From the NCBI GenBank assembly GCA_050015395.1, contig JBEKBM010000039.1, positions 1 through 16,971 on the forward strand: a stretch of 16,971 bases of DNA, read 5' to 3'. The notes beneath the pieces are model-generated. The model saw only the letters and a program-made list of their open reading frames with translations, was not told the DNA's origin and did not search any database. The translations under genes were made by a program, and so were the position numbers. This DNA comes from Candidatus Bathyarchaeia archaeon. GTDB lineage: Archaea; Thermoproteota; Bathyarchaeia; Bathyarchaeales; Bathycorpusculaceae. The stretch's first letter is position 1. Each line of letters begins with the position of its first letter. Below, in pieces: positions 15,458-16,971 of the stretch.

Positions 15458-15694
15458 TCAGTTATTGATTTAGTCTTAATTTTGTCATTTTGTAGCTTTT
15501 CGATGTTTTTCGTCTTGTATGCTTCGTTATGATAGGCTGTGTCATCGCTGGTTATTGTTTGCGGTAATTCTTTATGGGCGCAGCTAAACTGGATGTAACG
15601 CCGTTGTGTTTTGGGACTGCAAGGCAGACTAGGCTGCTTAGCCTCCATTCGCCTAAAAACATTGGAATATCACTCGAAAATTAAAAAGAACAAA

Positions 15695-16282
15695 TTAGGG
15701 ATCCGTGTCGCTTTTTATTTTCTTTCCCCTCGCAGATGGCACAATCCTCATTTTCGCCCCGCCAAAATCTTTAGCTAACTCTTCACCTGCAAAAAAACGG
15801 TCCAAAAAAACGGCAAGCGCGGCGCATTCTGAATGCGGCTGGTTCCCGATGGATACGTTAAAATCTGAAACCTCGCTTGAGTAGAATTCGCCTGGAACTT
15901 TCTGGCTTCCTACAAGGACTAAAATATCCTTGTTTAAATTTTTAATTCTGTTTAGAGCGTCGCTTGTTTGGATGTTTTCGCCGTAAGCGGTTAAATGGAC
16001 AACAACGCCGCCGTTAGCCCGCCAGTTGCTGACGGCTTTTTTCCATGAGGTGCCCATTTCAAACTGGAAGGTTCCTCCCCAACGCGCGGTTATCTTCCTT
16101 ACTGTTTGCTCTATGCTGTGGTCTTCTACGTCTGAAAGTATGAAGCCTGAAGCGCACAGCGCCCGCGCAGTTAAAGCAACATGAGTAGTTAACCGCACGT
16201 CCCGCTGTGGTCTGTGTCCCCATCTTAAAACCACAATCTTGGGCAGGTCATTTGGTTTTTTGGTTGGCTGTGAATTTTCCAT
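15695..16282 (-). CDS. trm56: tRNA (cytidine(56)-2'-O)-methyltransferase, SPOUT family
   Basis: Signature motifs VLRWGHRPQRDVRLTTHVALTARA, VVHLTAYG, VGSQKVP and IGNQPHSECAALAVFLDR. Confidence 0.96.
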   Translation of the reverse strand: MENSQPTKKPNDLPKIVVLRWGHRPQRDVRLTTHVALTARALCASGFILSDVEDHSIEQTVRKITARWGGTFQFEMGTSWKKAVSNWRANGGVVVHLTAYGENIQTSDALNRIKNLNKDILVLVGSQKVPGEFYSSEVSDFNVSIGNQPHSECAALAVFLDRFFAGEELAKDFGGAKMRIVPSARGKKIKSDTDP

Positions 16283-16971
16283 TTAACTCTTCCACTTTTC
16301 TTCTCACTTGCTCAGCTAATTCGGGGGTGGCCTCAAAGACCACTTGGATTGAATCATTGGTGAAATCTTCTTTTTTTACTTCTGTTTTTCCATGAAGCCA
16401 GGAAATAAATGGCATGGCGCTGTTGGTTAGCGGAACTGAAAACTGCGCTTGAACATATTTTTCAAGAATTCTCAGTATTTCCTCTCTCAGCAGATCAAGG
16501 TTTGTTCTGCACTTTGCTGACAAGAGAATCGGGGTCTTAATTTTATCTTTGAGGGCTTCGAGTTTTTGATTTATTTCAGCTTCGTTAATTAAGTCAATCT
16601 TGTTTAGAGCGGTTATAGTCGGTATCCCTGATGCTCCAAGACGGTCGATTGTTTCATTACAAACATTGAGTTTCTTTTCAATTTTTTCCATTGATTCGCT
16701 TAAGTCTAACATCAGTATTATTAGGTCTGAAAAAATGGTTTCTTCCAAAGTGGAATGAAATGCTTCAATCAAAGATAAAGGTAAACGGTCAATGAAGCCA
16801 ACAGTGTCTGTTAAAAGAAACTTGCGGTTCGAAAACTCTATCACCCGCGTAGTGGTTGAAAGAGTAGTGAATAATGCTTTGTCAACTTGAACGGTTTCTT
16901 CTGTTAAAGCATTAAACAAGGAGCTTTTCCCAGACTTCGTATATCCAGCAAGCGAAATAGTCAAGAAGCCA
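16248..16971 (-). CDS. hflX: GTPase HflX, C-terminal part (truncated by the window edge)
   Basis: G1 GYTKSGKSSLFN, G2 LFTTL, G3 DTVGFI, AFHSTLEE, G4 NKID, G5 SAK. The frame is open to the window edge and overlaps trm56 by 35 nt. Confidence 0.93.
   Translation of the reverse strand, partial: GFLTISLAGYTKSGKSSLFNALTEETVQVDKALFTTLSTTTRVIEFSNRKFLLTDTVGFIDRLPLSLIEAFHSTLEETIFSDLIILMLDLSESMEKIEKKLNVCNETIDRLGASGIPTITALNKIDLINEAEINQKLEALKDKIKTPILLSAKCRTNLDLLREEILRILEKYVQAQFSVPLTNSAMPFISWLHGKTEVKKEDFTNDSIQVVFEATPELAEQVRRKVEELNGKFTANQKTK

Larger units (their letters stand above)
9060..15690. mobile_element. Defence-type genomic island between trm56 and tfe (boundaries approximate)
   Basis: TA, HEPN and RM genes in mixed orientation interrupt a co-oriented housekeeping run. 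Contains two tRNA 3'-end direct repeats. No integrase seen. Confidence 0.7.

Noticed and set aside
15388-15648. 86-aa minus ORF as an SSV-type integrase N-terminal fragment
   Set aside because: AGGEGFEP is just the antisense translation of the tRNA repeat. There are no integrase motifs and no C-terminal integrase half in the window.
1-16971. CRISPR array or cas genes
   Set aside because: No regularly spaced repeat-spacer units and no cas motifs were seen.

Overview
Archaeal genomic window, most likely TACK/Bathyarchaeia-like. This is inferred from the hflX-trm56-tfe-HDIG-DUF2110 gene order, TATA-type promoters and FxLYD/InlB-repeat surface proteins. The left part (1-7150) is an accessory region. 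It holds a possible transposase tail, a 995-aa anchored surface protein with six InlB-B-like repeats, small membrane proteins, an FxLYD surface protein with a poly-Pro tail, a nucleoside 2-deoxyribosyltransferase-family gene, a frameshifted zinc-finger mini-gene and an unannotated 53-aa ORF. On the right, a housekeeping run on the minus strand (hflX, trm56, tfe, HDIG, DUF2110) is interrupted between trm56 and tfe by a ~6.6-kb defence-type island: hicB-hicA, an orphan AbrB antitoxin, an ApeA-like HEPN RNase and a fused type IIG-like restriction-methylase. The most notable signal is two direct-repeat copies of a tRNA-Arg(CCT) 3' end that bracket the RM gene alone. I found no intact tRNA and no integrase in the window, which suggests stacked, tRNA-att-delimited defence cassettes mobilised in trans. 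All family calls come from motif recognition by eye; no searches were run.
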